The position numbers were made by a program, and so were the translations under genes. Of a DNA stretch of 64,000 bases, positions 27,167 to 41,010 are shown one piece after another; the stretch's first letter is position 1; each line of letters starts with the position of its first letter. The notes below the pieces were generated by a model that saw only the letters and a list, made by a program, of their open reading frames with translations, had not been told where the DNA came from and made no database searches. Source of the stretch: Macrostomum hystrix (taxonomy: Eukaryota; Animalia; Platyhelminthes); contig CATNEN010000001.1 in the NCBI GenBank assembly GCA_950097015.1, forward strand, positions 7,874,001 through 7,938,000, in the 5' to 3' direction.

Positions 27167-30100
27167 CTCAACGTGCTCCAGGCAAACGTCAAATCAAGCT
27201 AGTCAGTGCTGTTGACTTTCAACTATTCGAAGACCTTGAAGATGACTCGGACAATGAGTTCAAAGTCGAAGCCAATGGCTGCAGTGCCACCACTAGTGAC
27301 AGTGACGGAGATGATAATGATAATGAAGACAACAAGATTACCTATAAAGATGATGACAATAAGTCCGACGAAGATGAAGATCGCGATGCCTCGTCCTCAT
27401 TGAAGAGCAACAAGTCCAGTGGTTCAGACTTGGACGATGAAGAATCTGACACTACTGAAGACACTGATGATGATGAGGATAGCTCTTCTGTTTCTAGTCG
27501 GGAAAGCGGTAAAGAAAGCAGTGATGGCGATCAGAAATGCAAAGCTGGCGGCGGCGATCTTCGGGCACTCATCGACGGAGTAGTCGCCGCATCTGGTCGG
27601 GCTGACGGTGATCCAGACGACGATGATCGGACCAGCTCTGACGAAGATTGGCTGGAAGGCCGCAAAAAGCGTGAACAGTTAAAGAAGCAACAGAAAGGTG
27701 GCGCGAGCAAGAAGACAAAAGTTAAAAAAGAGGAAGGTTCGGCGGATTCCGATGGCTCGGAAGATGCCATGTTAAAAGCAATTAAGCCAAGAAAGAAATC
27801 AACCAGACGCGCCGCTGCTAAAGCGTTGAAAAACACCGACTTGGAAGAAGCTGACGCTGATAGTCGGGCTAATTCAGCTGCGGCTGCTGCCGCTCTAGCA
27901 GCTGCTACAGCCGCCACTATAAAAAAAGTTGAACGTTTAACCTGCATGGTTTGCTTGTCTAACAGATCCGATCCAGAGAACGAGCTAGTCGAATGCGACG
28001 CTTGTCACGTGACATTGCACGAAGCCTGCTACGGCCTGGCCGATACGCAGAGCCTCTGCAGCACTGGAAGTTCCGCCAGTACTGAGCCTTGGTTCTGTGA
28101 CGCTTGCGCTGCTGGCGTGTCCTCTCCTAGCTGTCAGTTGTGCCCAGTTACTGGCGGAGTTTTTAAACCCACCGAAGATGGCCGCTGGGTGCATCTAGTT
28201 TGCGCCCTGTACACACCAGATGTGGCATTCAACGAGGTTGACGCCTTGACAGATGTCACTCTGACGGAATTGAAGCCGAAATTCTGGGGCGCTAAAGAGT
28301 GCGTGCATTGTTTGGAAAGAAACTACGCCTACACTGGCGTCTGCGTTGGTTGCGACGCCGGCCTGTGTCGATCATGCTTTCACGTCACCTGCGCCCAACG
28401 CGAGGGCCTACTCAGTGAGCCAGCTGCTGCGGCGGCTGCCGCTGAAGATGCCGATGAAATCGCCGATCCATTCTACGCTCAGTGTCGACAGCACACTGAT
28501 CCGTTTGTTGCTAAGCAGCGGAGAAAAGCTTATATTACTGCGTTTAGTAGGCAGAGAGCCGCACTTAAAGAGGCTGCATCTTTAGCTTCGAAGACTCCAG
28601 TTGTGGATAGAATCGCAAGGAAACTGGCTAAGCGTCGAGCAATTTGCGCGGCAAAATTAGCTGTAAAACGGCCCTTTTTCATACCGGAACAGAAGCAGCC
28701 GCTGTTTCTTGAACTATCTCCGCACGCTGTTCGATTATTCGCTAAGAAAGCTGATATCTATGGCGTTGGCGCGACTGCGAATGAGACCGGGTCACTGCTG
28801 GTTAGCGGTCAAGAGCGCACTGCTGCACAGGCTGGGCTGCCAGTGTTCTGTCCAGAGTTTGTGCAGCACTTCTTGGACCGAGAGACTAAAATTTTGGCTA
28901 TGAACAAACAATTGGCCGATCTGGCTGCTCAGGTCAGTGCTCTTCTCTTAGAGAGACTTTACAAAGTATTATTAAACTAGCAACCATTCACCTTGCCCTG
29001 TGGATTTGAACCAGCAATAATAAAGAGTAGAAAGACCACGTAGATATTTCAAAAACCAAATTTTTTCCTTTTTTCTGTCTCCTAAAATATGAAACCAATC
29101 GCCTTAAAATCCAGAACACGGGCTAAGAGTTTCCTCTTTTGAGTTACAATCTCAAAATATCTGCATCGTCGAGGTATTCAACAATTCTCGTCGGGGTTTC
29201 GGGTGGCGAAAACCACCAATATATGCATAATTTTTCTGCTCACGAAATTTCAACATGAAACGATATCGGCTATTTCTGCTAATCATATTGTGTTTATTAT
29301 ATAGTTAATTTTTTATTGAACTTATATGGATTCGCCATAGACGTTTATACAGTTGCAATGTTATTTGTCCTTGTCACCAAGGTCTTCGACTAGGATTGCT
29401 GAATATCTCAACGATGCTGACGTCGGACGGCTTTGAAAGTTAATTCATCGTAAGGCGATGGGGATTTGGAAGCGTGAAGTAGGCAGTAGGGATTCAACCG
29501 GCAACCATTAGCCAAGTTTCAAATGTTAATACCACGCCGTCAAATTGCAAACAGGAGTCCGAACTGATCGATCGTCAATCGAAGGAAACGTTGCTCTACT
29601 CTAATGCTGAAGCCTCTTACCAAGCTAGCCAGGCTTGCCTCTTATCAGTCCGTTCCGCATTCCTAGACCTCTGGGACGCGTTGAATTCGATTCTGCAGCG
29701 ATCCAAGACCTTCACTCAGCGTTTGCCACCGCCGCAGCGGTTGCGTATCGCATTGGAAGGCTCCGCATCGGCTTTAGCGTCGGGCGATCTGGCTGGCTCT
29801 ATTGGCGAAGCTGCCGCCGATTCTGCGGCGGTTGAGGATGACGCAATGGCAGCGACTTCCATCGGACCAACCAAGGTTGGCGATCTGGCCGCTAAAGCTG
29901 CGGCTTTAAGGCGATTGAACGAGTGCACCGTCTGTAAGGCGAAGAAGGACCAGCATTTAATGGTGTGTTAACTTTAGAGAAAACTGTTGAATAATAATTT
30001 TTTCTAATAATTCCTCATCTAAGAATCTAACGCCTAGACTGAACAATCTTACAAACTACAATTTACCTTATTAATAATATTTTTGCAGTCAGCGAGAGAC

Positions 30101-33100
30101 AATTATGTCCATTCTTCTAACTTTTAAACACAAGCACACACAAGGCACATACATTCACACATGGTTGTACATCTGCCCTGACTTTCTCATCGTTAGAATC
30201 CATAAACCTAGGAATCTTGAAGCCATAAACTCAGATTTTGAAGCCAGAAACCTCGGGCCATAAACTGAACTGCTATGCACAGTGCTTAAGTCTTAAAACT
30301 AGACCAAATAATCCAACACTCAGGTACAATGCGATGCCTGCAGTCTGCACTATCACATCGGCTGTTTAGATCCTCCACTGACTCGGGTGCCCAAGAAGAC
30401 TAAAATGTATGGCTGGGAGTGCAGCGTGTGCGTCAAGGACAACTCCTCAGACGAGGCAAATGCGCTTGAAAATGCCGAAGCTGGTGTTGTCGAGTCGTTG
30501 CAGTTTCCGACACTGCAAGAGAGTCTATCGATGCGTCGACTACGTCAGCAGTCAGCGAAGCGAACTTTCGGAATGGCTGAGGAAGCTCCTGCAACTGCTG
30601 CCGCTGCTGCTTGTTCTAGCAGTCGGCGAAGACCAGCGTCAAGCGCGACAAGGTCGCGTAGTCGTCGAAATAATAACAATCAAAAGCTATCTTCAGTTGA
30701 GTCATCGTTGCAGCAGCAGCCAGAGCAGGAAGATAAGATTGAGCTGGTGAAATCAGAGAAGCAATCAACTGATCTGCCTCCAGAAGCGAAGAATGAGCCG
30801 CGAGCTTTGATGGGCAAATCTGCGTCTAGAAATCAAGCTGGTTCAGAAGTTTGCAACGAGAAGCAAACTGTTGAAGCGCCGTCTAAAGCCAAGTCTAGTG
30901 CAAGTGCAGCGTTGGCAGCCAAGGCTAGCGTTGCCACCTCACCAAGAAAGATTTCTGCCAGCGGTCGACCAATAAGCGGCGGCGGCGATTCAACATCAGC
31001 CTCAGCGGAGGAAGGCATCAACGCTATTGAAGTTTACGACGAGGGCACTCTAGAGATTGAGTATTTGAAATCTGATTCAACCGTCTCCGATGCAAATGAG
31101 GACAACGATGAAGCGGAGCAGAGCGACGAGGAAGATGATGGGGATGATGATGACTACGATGCTGAGGTAGCTGGCCATGACGTTCAAATGGAAGTCATCG
31201 ATGAAATCCGACTAGAGCCTTCGCTTTCGCGGTCGCCGTCACCGCTGCCGCAGCAGCAGCAGCAGCCTCGCAAATTTCTATTCAAAAGTGGCAACACTGT
31301 GCCCTGTTATTTGATGCACACTCTGACCCCAGAGGAACGACGCCGTGTTGAAGCCGAGTCAGCTGCTCTGCGACTGGCCAAAGCTGAAGAGCAGCAGCAG
31401 CAGCAACAGTCTTCCGCTCCTCCTCCACATTCGCAGCCGTCAAATCAGGAACCAAATAGGCCAGCTCGTCCGGGCATGACGACCATCATTGTTGAACGAG
31501 CGAAACCGACAACTTCTTCCGTAAGTTTGTCAAGCATAACTAGTGCTACTTCTTGTAGTACAACTACCATCTTGCGACCTGTGCAACAACCACCGCAGCA
31601 GCAGCCGCCGCCGCCATCTTCTGGTCCACCGTCAGCTTCGTCTCCAGTTGTCATAGTTAGATTAGGTCAGCAACAGCAGCAGCAACCGAGTCAAGCATTA
31701 TCTAATGCTGTAACGTTGCCAACTGTAACAACTCAAATTAGATTCACTGGGGCTGGAAGCTCGACAGTTCGTTCTGTGATTGCGTCATCGAATTCTATTA
31801 TGTCTTCTTGTAATACTAATAACAATGCGTTAGCTAAGTTGGCTACATCAACAGTTACCACAGAAGCAGTGCCTTCGAAAACAGTGGCAACAGTTGTTGC
31901 TTCTACTTCGCTGACAGCAGCGACTGTGACATCTCCTGCTGTGTCTTCGATGCCGCCTCCACCGCTGCCGCCACCGCCTCAACCAGAATCGGTCTTGACT
32001 TCCACTAGCATTATGCCTACCATTGTTGCCAAACAAGCTGCTGATAAGCCTAACATTGTTGCTAACGATGAGCCGCATAAGAAACGCGCCAGGCAAGACA
32101 ACGAATCGATAATTAGAAAAGAAGAGAACAAACTAAAAGCTGTTTCAAGGGATCCTAAAACTACAGAGCCAATAGCAGCGTCAGCAGTTTCTAAAGACGT
32201 CACCAAGGTCGTCAGAGACCCCGACGAGGAACGCCGAAAGCGCAAACGCGAGAAGCGTCAACGCTTGGAGGAAGCGGCGGCTGCAACTGCCGCAGCCGCA
32301 GCTGCCGACGCAGCTGAGCGGGAACGGCGTCGGTTAAGAAAATTAGAAAAGCTAAAAAAGCTTCAAGCTGCTGATACTCAAGGCGAGCAACAGGGTCGGT
32401 ATCTTCAGAAGCATTCCGCGAATCCGCCACAGCACCGTTCGTCGCAGAGTCACGATCTTAAATTGTTGCATCAACAGCAGAACTCCTCAGCTAGGTATGC
32501 ATGCTTGCATTATTATAAACTGTTTGGTCGCCACAACTACCTGAATAGTTAGAGCTCTTGTTTTGTAAGTTAGGAGTTGTTGAGATTTTAAGATTTTAGA
32601 CAGTGGCCAGCTATAATCTGCTAAGAAATCCCCTTCCTACTTTTAGGGACGCCTATCCTAATACCTTACCAACTAACCTATTTGCAGATACTCTCACAAT
32701 CCACACGGAGATTCTTATCATCATCAACTGCAACTGCATCAGCATCGACATTCCGACGATCGCAAGCGTCACCGAAGTCGCAGTCCGCCATCTACCTCGA
32801 TGTCATCCGTGTCCGAGCTGTCTAAAAAGCTTGCCCGACCATCTCTGCCGCATCAGCCGACGACTGCTGATTCCCCTCGCCAGCATTGGGAAGAGATGAA
32901 AGCCAAGATTGAACAGGTTCGCGCTAAATCTCTCCATTCAACCAGTTCCTCGTCGCAGCAGCAGCAGCAGCAAACACCAGCGTCCATTAAGCCGACGTCG
33001 GTAACCGTTGTCAAACAGGTTGCCAGGCGGACGCCCAGTCAAACTCCAGGCTCGACAAATTCATCTAGTGGTCGCGTCGGTGGCGGCTCTGGCGATGACG

Positions 33101-33618
33101 ACATTCTTCAGTTTATGCTTCAACGCAAGAAGCAGCATCAGCAGCAGCCGCCATTGTCGCGACCGTCGTCTGCAGTTGTGGCGCAGAAACCGCGCGGATT
33201 CTCGCAATTGTTAAGCGGTCGCGCCGCCGCTGCTTCATCTTCAATGACCTCTGCCTCGACAAGTGCTGGCGCTAGGCCGCCGTCATATCTGCCGTCGCCG
33301 CTAAAAATCGCCACGGTGTCCGCTTCTCAGAAGGTGGCCAGCACACAACTGCAGCAGCATCAGAAGGCTTTGATAAATACTGTTAATAAAGTTTCCACTA
33401 GCGGCAAATCTGCCAAGTCTTCTTCATCTGCTAGTTCGTCGTCTTCGTCTACTTCAGACGAAGAATCTTCATCTTCTGACGAGGACGAGAAGGACAATAA
33501 TAAAATAACTGCCGCTGCTGCTCCTGCTGTTGCTGCCCTTGCCGCTAACGTCACTCAGGAACAATTGCAGGATCGCAAATTTAATCACCTTGTCAAGGAT
33601 ATATTTGGTGACGATTGA
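27167..33618 (+). CDS. PHF14: PHD finger protein 14 homologue. Exons 27167-28932, 29555-29962, 30324-32494, 32688-33618; first coding exon not identified
   Basis: N-terminal KRQIK + acidic tract; PZP module (CMVC..NELVECDACHVTLHEACYG..STEPWFCDAC; CQLCP..GGVFKPTEDGRWVHLVCALY; CDAGLCRSCFHVTCAQREGLL..ADPFYAQCRQH); spliced PHD CTVCKAKKDQHLM|VQCDACSLHYHIGCLDPPLTRVPKKTKMYGWECSVC. Splice phases are consistent. Confidence 0.92.
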
Positions 33619-34094
33619 TGTTCTGTGCGTTTGATGTATCATTTGTAGCACGCATCAATTAAGTTAATTCGCTTTTAAGGCTCAAAAAACACTATTGTTT
33701 ATTTTTTCCACGAAGTTCTAAAAAGTTTTGCATTTGCAACGCCTCAGAATCCAAGCCCATACATTGAATTGTTAAATTTGTTATAAGTTATAAATGCTTG
33801 TAAAGAGCTAAGTAACATCTTTAAATGCGTTATAAATGTTTCTTTCGTGCTACTTAGAGAGCCAGTTGAGTAGTCAGTCTAGTGTATGCGATGGTTTTTA
33901 CCTGTGTTTTCCATTTGTCAAAATGTTTCTGCTTCGCTTCTTCTCGCTTCTGCAGTGTTGTTGTTGTTGCTAATTTTCTATGAAAAACATATTCAAATAC
34001 AATCTGTACTCAATGCATTAACAAACTATATATATTGTATACTCACATATTCATTGTCTTCCGTCTGCTGCATTTCTTTTTCGATATCCTAGAT

Positions 34095-34858
34095 CAGGGG
34101 TCGGCAAGCTTATTAGCTGGCGGGCCAAAGAGAGAATCTAAAAGAGGACAGCGGGCCGCTTTGATTATAGATATAAGGACAAGATAAGACACAGGAGAGA
34201 TGAGACACGGGAGAGATGAGACACGGGATAGATGAGACACGGGATAGATGAGACACGGGAGAGATGAGACACGGGAGAGATGAGACACGGGAGAGATGAG
34301 ACACGGGATAGATGAGACACGGGATAGATGAGACACGGGATAGATGATACACGGGAGAGATGAGACACGGGAGAGATGAGACACGGGAGAGATGAGACAC
34401 GGGATAGATGAGACACGGGATAGATGAGACACGGGAGAGATGAGACACGGGAGAGATGAGACACGGGAGAGATGAGACACGGGATAGATGAGACACGGGA
34501 TAGATGAGACACGGGATAGATGATACACGGGAGAGATGAGACACGGGAGAGATGAGACACGGGAGAGATGAGACACGGGAGAGATGAGACACGGGATAGA
34601 TGAGACACGGGAGAGATGAGACACGGGATAGATGAGACACGGGATAGATGAGACACGGGATAGATGAGACACGGGATAGATGATACACGGGAGAGAAGAG
34701 ACACGGGGGAGATGAGACACGGGAGAGATGAGACACGGGAGAGATGAGACACGGGAGAGATGAGACAGGATACTATGGGTGTTGGAAGGGGCAACGGGCC
34801 GGATTTGGGAGCTTCGGGGCCCGCATCTGGCCTGCGGGCCGGAGTTTGCCGACCCCTG
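34095..34858 (+). mobile_element. hAT (Charlie-like) non-autonomous element with an internal 16-bp satellite (GAGACACGGGA(G/T)AGAT, ~34190-34770)
   Basis: TIRs CAGGGGTCGGCAA / TTGCCGACCCCTG; perfect 8-bp TSD TCCTAGAT at 34087-34094 and 34859-34866. Confidence 0.93.
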
Positions 34859-34899
34859 TCCTAGATAAATATTTTTTTACGAATCAATAGTAACCAGTA

Positions 34900-35072
34900 T
34901 CGGGCCAGATGTGCAGTCGACAGCACTTGGCACACCCAACCTCAATAATCCCATTTAACAGCTAGATGAACTGAAGGAATACAGAGTTAAGGTTGTTCCA
35001 CCGCAGTCTGGAATCGAACCCCCGACCTTAAAGACGTAAGTCCGACGCTCTAACCACTAGGCTACAAGCCCC
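34900..35072 (-). mobile_element. tRNA-SINE copy, internally deleted
   Basis: Reverse complement of the 26762 element, with A- and B-boxes. Confidence 0.8.
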
Positions 35073-35716
35073 TTGTACTTTTTAATCACGATTCACGTTG
35101 CTACATAAATTTATCATGATATAGTTATAAAGTTTCATGCAGCATCAGCATCTCAAGTTGTTAACATCCAGTGCAAACTGAAACAAGTTTTGCTTTCTTT
35201 TTTTTGCTTGATTAAACATTTGTTCTGAATCTACTACAGTAAGTACTCATATTGGGCTGTCTTTGATGGCGTTTGCCTTAACCTTCTGGTGTCTCAGTTA
35301 CTTTTCTTAATGGCCAGAGTATCTCAACAATTACGAGTAAATTGGGCTACCAAGTATTTCGCAATCATTAAAAGGAATATAAACTAGCCCTTAAAAACTT
35401 GTTTCCAATGACAAATGTACAAATAAAAAAAGAACTAAGTTATTTCAGCTCAAAAGCTTGAAAAAATCTGTGGCTTGTGAGTAATTGTTTCGGTCAAGTA
35501 AAAATTTAAACGAAATAATTTTAATTTTTGGTGGATGCTTGCATGACGGAAAATTTATTTAGCAAGACAAGCTGTTCTGATTGGTTGGCACTAAAGGGTT
35601 TTCCAACAGTTAATAGTTTAGATACTTCGATTCCTCGAATTTTAATCCCAGAAGCTGTATAAAAGGAGGCTATCGAAATTAAAACGTTTTAGTCCCAAAA
35701 CGACTTGCTTAGCGAC

Positions 35717-36524
35717 ATGCAACATTCGCAGCTAAAACTGTTGCTGGCAATGGCTTGCGCGTTTTCTTACAATGCGGCTGAGCTGGCCACGAAAAACTGC
35801 GCCAACAGGAGCTCGTTCTTCCTCATCAAGGCAGACGTGCACCAGACACCTTGCAAGTACCTGTCTCTACCTGCAAACTCATCTGTCAACTGTGCCTTCA
35901 TCTGCACTGCCAGATTCGCCAATCACTGTCAAGGGTTCTCCTGGCTGCAGAGCAGTGAGTGTGCTCTGTTCAATGCGACTGCTCTGACTCGACCTCTGTG
36001 CTCCAGCGCTGCGCCACTCAGTGTCTACGCCAAGTTCGGTGAGGTCATTGAAAATTGAGAATACTTTTTAAAACTCAGACTAATCTATCGTCACACGATA
36101 TATTTTAGTTCAGGAGAAGGTGAAGCTAGTCTCGTGTCAGCAGAGATCGACGTTCTCCGATGTTGCCGTGTGCGAGCGAGCCATCGATGGGAATACGTCT
36201 CAGAACTATTACCACAATTCGTGCAGCCATACCTACAGCTCAGCGTCCGAGTGGTGGGAGGCCAGCTTTGTCAGCGCGTCGCTCATTTCGCACGTGACCA
36301 TCTACAACAGGCAGGACTGCTGCCCTGAGCGACTCAATAAGTTCTCACTGCAGGTGGACGGAGTCGAGTGCAACCGAGTGAACCTGACCGTGTCCTTCTC
36401 CGTGGCCAACTTCAGCTGCTTCGCATTCGGCAGCAAAATTCGAGTCACGTCTCTGCAGACGGAGCCACATTTGAGATACCTCATATTGTGCGAGTTCGAG
36501 ACCTATTCAATTCGAGTGCCGTAA
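35717..36524 (+). CDS. Secreted PAN/Apple + F-type lectin, copy 1. Exons 35717-36038 and 36109-36524
   Basis: Signal peptide; PAN-type C-x3-C...C.GF.W....C.LF; phase-1 intron; FTP domain QRST..CERAIDGN..SCSHT..WW..YNRQDCCPERL..LCEFE with exact H-x26-R-x-D-x4-R fucose motif; TATAAAA at ~35658. Confidence 0.88.
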
Positions 36525-37438
36525 AACAGGCGCGGAGTTGTTAGAGCAAGGTTGTGTGATTAATTGCTACTGTGTGTCGTGTATTGAGAACCGTTATGAC
36601 CCTGCTTCGCCCTTTTCCTCATTCGTTTTTCTTCATTACTTTTTGTCATTTCGGCTTACTTTTTTTTGCTCATGTTAATTTGGTCCCTTTGTGTGTGATC
36701 ACCATCGATTCAGAGACACAGAACCGATTCTATTATGTTAATATGCTAGCAAAATCGTTTTTACATTTTCTCCGTTTGCTTTGTTTCAAAACACTAATGC
36801 TATTGCAACGTATTATCAGATGTTATTCTGTCTTTTTCAGTTAGGTGAGCATTGTATTACTGGATAGAAGATGGTGGGCGTTGAGAATTGAGACTAGGAT
36901 ATTTTTCCCATCAATCGAGTTTCCCTATTTTTATATTTTTCTCTCTGAAATCAGTCGCGTTAACGTTAGCGTTGAGTCAAGACCAGCATAACTTGACAGC
37001 ATGATAACATCAGAATTATTTCGGTGCCTTGCATCTGTCTCAGCTAGCTATCCTGCAGCAACTGATTTCATGCATGTTGAAAAGCTGCATTTCTCAATAC
37101 GACCAGCACGATAAAATGTCTGCCGAAGTAGCTCCCAGGCATGAAAAACATTTATGAGAAGTGTGCTCATTCCACTGCCAGACGGAACAATCGCAGAAAC
37201 GTTATGCAAACTAACTGAACATGCATTATAACACAATCAATGCGTAATAAATTAACTGGGCTAGTAATTACGAGAAGTTCGAACGACAACAAAAATCACG
37301 AAAGTGACATTCCTGCTCGTACTAATAGTAGAAATTAATTAACAATAATGGCCTGGAGAATCTATGCGAGAGTAAAGAGCGACCGAAAACAAATTCTAGC
37401 ATATTCACGTTTATCAGGACGTGGCTAATTTTACTATA

Positions 37439-37566
37439 GGGGTTGTAGCCTAGTGGTTAGAGCGTCGGACCCACGACTTTAAGGTCGGAGGTTCGATTTA
37501 TGGCTCCACTGGAATAATTTGTGTATTTTAGCTAGGCACTAAACTGCATTACTTCAGTTCACCCAG
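37439..37566 (+). mobile_element. tRNA-SINE 5' fragment
   Basis: GGGGTTGTAGCCTAGTGGTTAGAGCG...GGTTCGAT plus the start of the CORE-like domain. Confidence 0.8.
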
Positions 37567-38192
37567 TCTCACTCTCATTTTAGTTTTTTTATTTATCAAG
37601 TCCTCTAGCTCCGTTTACTATCTCTTTTCTACCAACTGCAGAAATTGCTAAAAGTTTATTGACATTGTTAGTGACGGACGACCTTGTGTGACATGTTTGT
37701 GAGGAGTTCAGCGTATTATTCCAGTTAAATGTATCGCTCTAGTTGTTTGCATGGAATTCAAATCTACAAAGAAAAAAGACTTTTTTAGAGTCATTCACGC
37801 TTTTACAAATGAGGCGATCGATGATTTATTCAAAAAAACTCGCTGACAATTTTCCTCGTCTTGACATGCATTTCTAAGAGGATGCGCAAAACTATTCATA
37901 AGTGTACAATTTTTGTATAAAAATTACGCTTGAATGACGTATTGTATTCAACAAGGCTTCTTCTGATTGGTAGACACAACAGAGGTCTCTATGCGAATTC
38001 CTACTGGCTCGTATATAACTTGTTTATCATAGCTTACGGAAGTATTGCGAAAGGAAACGTTTTCCTTTAGTTGGTTAGATTACCTACGAGTAAGAGTAGG
38101 ACGTTTCAACGGTTATTATTAGTAGATCATCTTTCTGGACGTAGATAGAAACATTAAATTACCACCCGATTTGCACCTGTCTGCTAAGCCAC

Positions 38193-38999
38193 ATGTTCTC
38201 AACACTGCTCCTACTATTGGTTGTTGTGACAGGCACATACTCTGGCTCTGCGGCTGAGCTGGTCGCGAAAAACTGCGCCAACAGGAGCTCGTTCGACCTC
38301 ATCAAGGCCGAAGTGCTCCAGACGCCGTGCACATACCTGTCTCTACCTGGAAAATCATCGCTCGACTGCGCATTCATCTGCGCTGCCAGATTCGCTAGTT
38401 ATTGTCAAGGGTTCTCCTGGCTGCAGAGCAGTGAGTGTGCTCTGTTCAATGCGACTGCTCTGACTCGACCTCTGTGCTCCAGCGCTGCGCCACTCAGTAT
38501 CTACGCCAAGTTCGGTGAGGTCATTTTTAGAGATGTCAACTTCAAGCTCTGAATAATTACTATCTAACGATGATCTATTGCAGCGCGGGAAAAGGTGAAG
38601 TTCGCCTCGTGTCAGCAGAGCTCGACTTTCTCCAATGTTGCCGTGTGTGAGCGAGCCATCGATGGGAATACGTCTCAGAACTATTACCACCATTCTTGCA
38701 GCCACACCAACAACTCAACGGCCGAGTGGTGGGAGGTCAGCTTTGTTAGCGCGTCACTCATTTCACAGGTGACCATCTACAACAGGCAGGACTGCTGCTC
38801 TGAGCGACTCAATAAGTTCTCACTGCAGGTGGACGGAGTCGAGTGCAACCGAGTGAACCTGACCGTGTCCTTCTCCGTGGCCAACTTCAGCTGCTTCGCA
38901 TTCGGCAGCAAAATTCGAGTCACGTCTCTGCAGACGTATCCAGGCATAAGGCACATTATATTGTGTGAATTCATAGCCTATTCAGTTACACTGCCCTAA
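38193..38999 (+). CDS. PAN/Apple + F-type lectin, copy 2. Exons 38193-38514 and 38584-38999
   Basis: Same structure as copy 1; RQDCCSER motif intact. Confidence 0.88.
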
Positions 39000-39496
39000 G
39001 ACTAGCACATTTTTTGTTAACTCTTTATCACTTACTCTTTGTCGTTTCTTGTACGTCTATAGTTAACAGTGTACTTTCGGCTAGCGTTTGATACATGTAC
39101 TAAGATAATCCGTAAAATATTGCATCATTAGACTTATAGCTAAAAACGAAAGCTTTTTTGCTGCACTGCAATCGCTTTGCGACGGCGAAGTCGCTCAGAT
39201 AAGGCTATTTAGACAATGGATTTAGACAATAGATCAGAGAGAAGACACGACAACATCACTGAACACATTGAATACTGTAATTAGCCTTTTGCTTTGCTCT
39301 AGGCTTCCTGCATCTAAATACGCTCGCATTATCTAAAGAGCTAATCACAATTTATACAACAGTCCCGTCGTCGTCGCGTGAAACAATAGCTTGATGGTAT
39401 CCGTCTCGGTGTAATTCGGGAATCGAGTAAAGCAAAGCTCCAGCTCGAGACGCACCGATAATAGTAATAATCTGTCCTTTTCACATTTTGAGGCTG

Positions 39497-39657
39497 TGTT
39501 ATTATTATTATTATTATTGTTATTATTGTTGTTATTATTATTATTATTATTGTTATTATTGTTATTATTATTTTTGTTATTATTATTGCTATATTTGTTA
39601 TTATTATTATTATTACGATTATTATTATTATTATTATTATTATTATCATTTTATTAT
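39497..39657. repeat. (TTA/TTG)n microsatellite
   Basis: Direct reading. Confidence 0.95.
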
Positions 39658-39929
39658 TGAAGTGCGCCCGCCGATTGGGTGCTGATGTTTTGTTTATTTA
39701 ATGTTTGTAACTAGGCTGAAGGATTCGATTTAAAAAAGGCGAGAGAAAAACAGTAGCATACGTAGGATTAATTTTAGGTGAATAAAATATTTGGAATTAG
39801 TAAACAAAGGCATTAAAATAAAAACACGAAATTTTGAAATTTGAAGAAATTAAAACTTAGACTGAAATCACTTCGCTCACGAAAGGATAATAGCTATAGT
39901 GTTTTTGCGAGTTACGATCAAATATAAGA

Positions 39930-40530
39930 AAACTAAAACTAAAACTATAATCAACAACAACAACAACAAAATACGCTAGCCCCAAAAGTCAGGGAGGCAG
40001 CGTCAGATGGCGCGCCGCAGAGCCAGCGCGCGAACATGGTCCGCGCCGGTGGCAGTGTCGGGCGCCCCGGCGTCGCTCAGCAAGCAGTCGACGTAGCGGC
40101 GGGTCCGAGCCTGGCTGCGCCTGAACGGGCACTGCAAGGTGAGCAGCAGGACGTCCTGGTCGGGCTGGCGGCAGTAGCTCTCGGCCCGAATAGCGTTGCC
40201 CGCTAGTCGAAGTCGCCGCTGGCGCAGGATGGTTGACGGGCGCTGCAGCTGGGCGGGCGTCTTTCGTACAGAGCCTCGGGTCCCGACGCGCTCTCGTCAG
40301 CTTGAAAGGCCGCACGGAGCAGCCCCGAGTGCGCCGAGTCCAGCTGCCGCTCCAGCAGCGTAGCCGTCAGCGTCCACGACTCGGCGTTGTACAGCAGGAC
40401 GGTCTCGACCACCGCATTCCACAGCCGAGCCCTCTAGCGGTCAGGCAGCGCTGTGGACTGGAGGACGGCCCGGATCGAACGGTCGGCCGCCCATGCGAGT
40501 CCTCTGCGCCGCCGGATGTCGTCTTCCACG
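39930..40530 (-). mobile_element. 5'-truncated non-LTR retrotransposon (RTE-like ORF2 C-terminus), degenerate
   Basis: DIRRRRGLAW...RARLWNAVVETVLLYNAESWTLT..LERQLDSAHSGLLRA matches the post-RT region of RTE-type LINEs; simple-repeat tail at 39930-39968; stops and frameshifts. Confidence 0.8.
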
Positions 40531-41010
40531 TTGGGCACCAGACCAAGCAATATAATCATGCATTCTAACTATGGGCCTCAGGGCAGTGGCTTTTTTTGCC
40601 ATGCTTTGCACATTGGCCCTTATGGACTTGACATCTCCAATTTTCACATCCACAAATTTCACTTTCTGATGTTTAACAACCACCATTTTCCGAGTGTGCT
40701 TCACTCAGGGTTTATATTTGAGAAATGAGAGGGTATACATAAAACGTTTCGTAGTATGTCACGCGAATGTGCCTGCATCATTTCCGACTTTGGTGGTCAC
40801 CGACATTTATCTAGACTGAGCTGCTGGACCTTCGAAATTACGGAACATCTACCCCCTAGGCATAAAAACGGGCGGCAAAATGGCTTGGCAGTCCTACTGT
40901 TTACTGTTGGGCATTATAGTTCGCATGCTGTGGCAATTCCGTGACGCATCACTGAATCACCAATAACAAAAAATGAATAATAATAATAATAACTGATTAT
41001 ACCTACCCCG

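Noticed and set aside
26762-37510. tRNA-like sequences at 26762, 35072 and 37439 as tRNA genes
   Set aside because: They continue into a shared SINE body and differ from one another in the tRNA-like part
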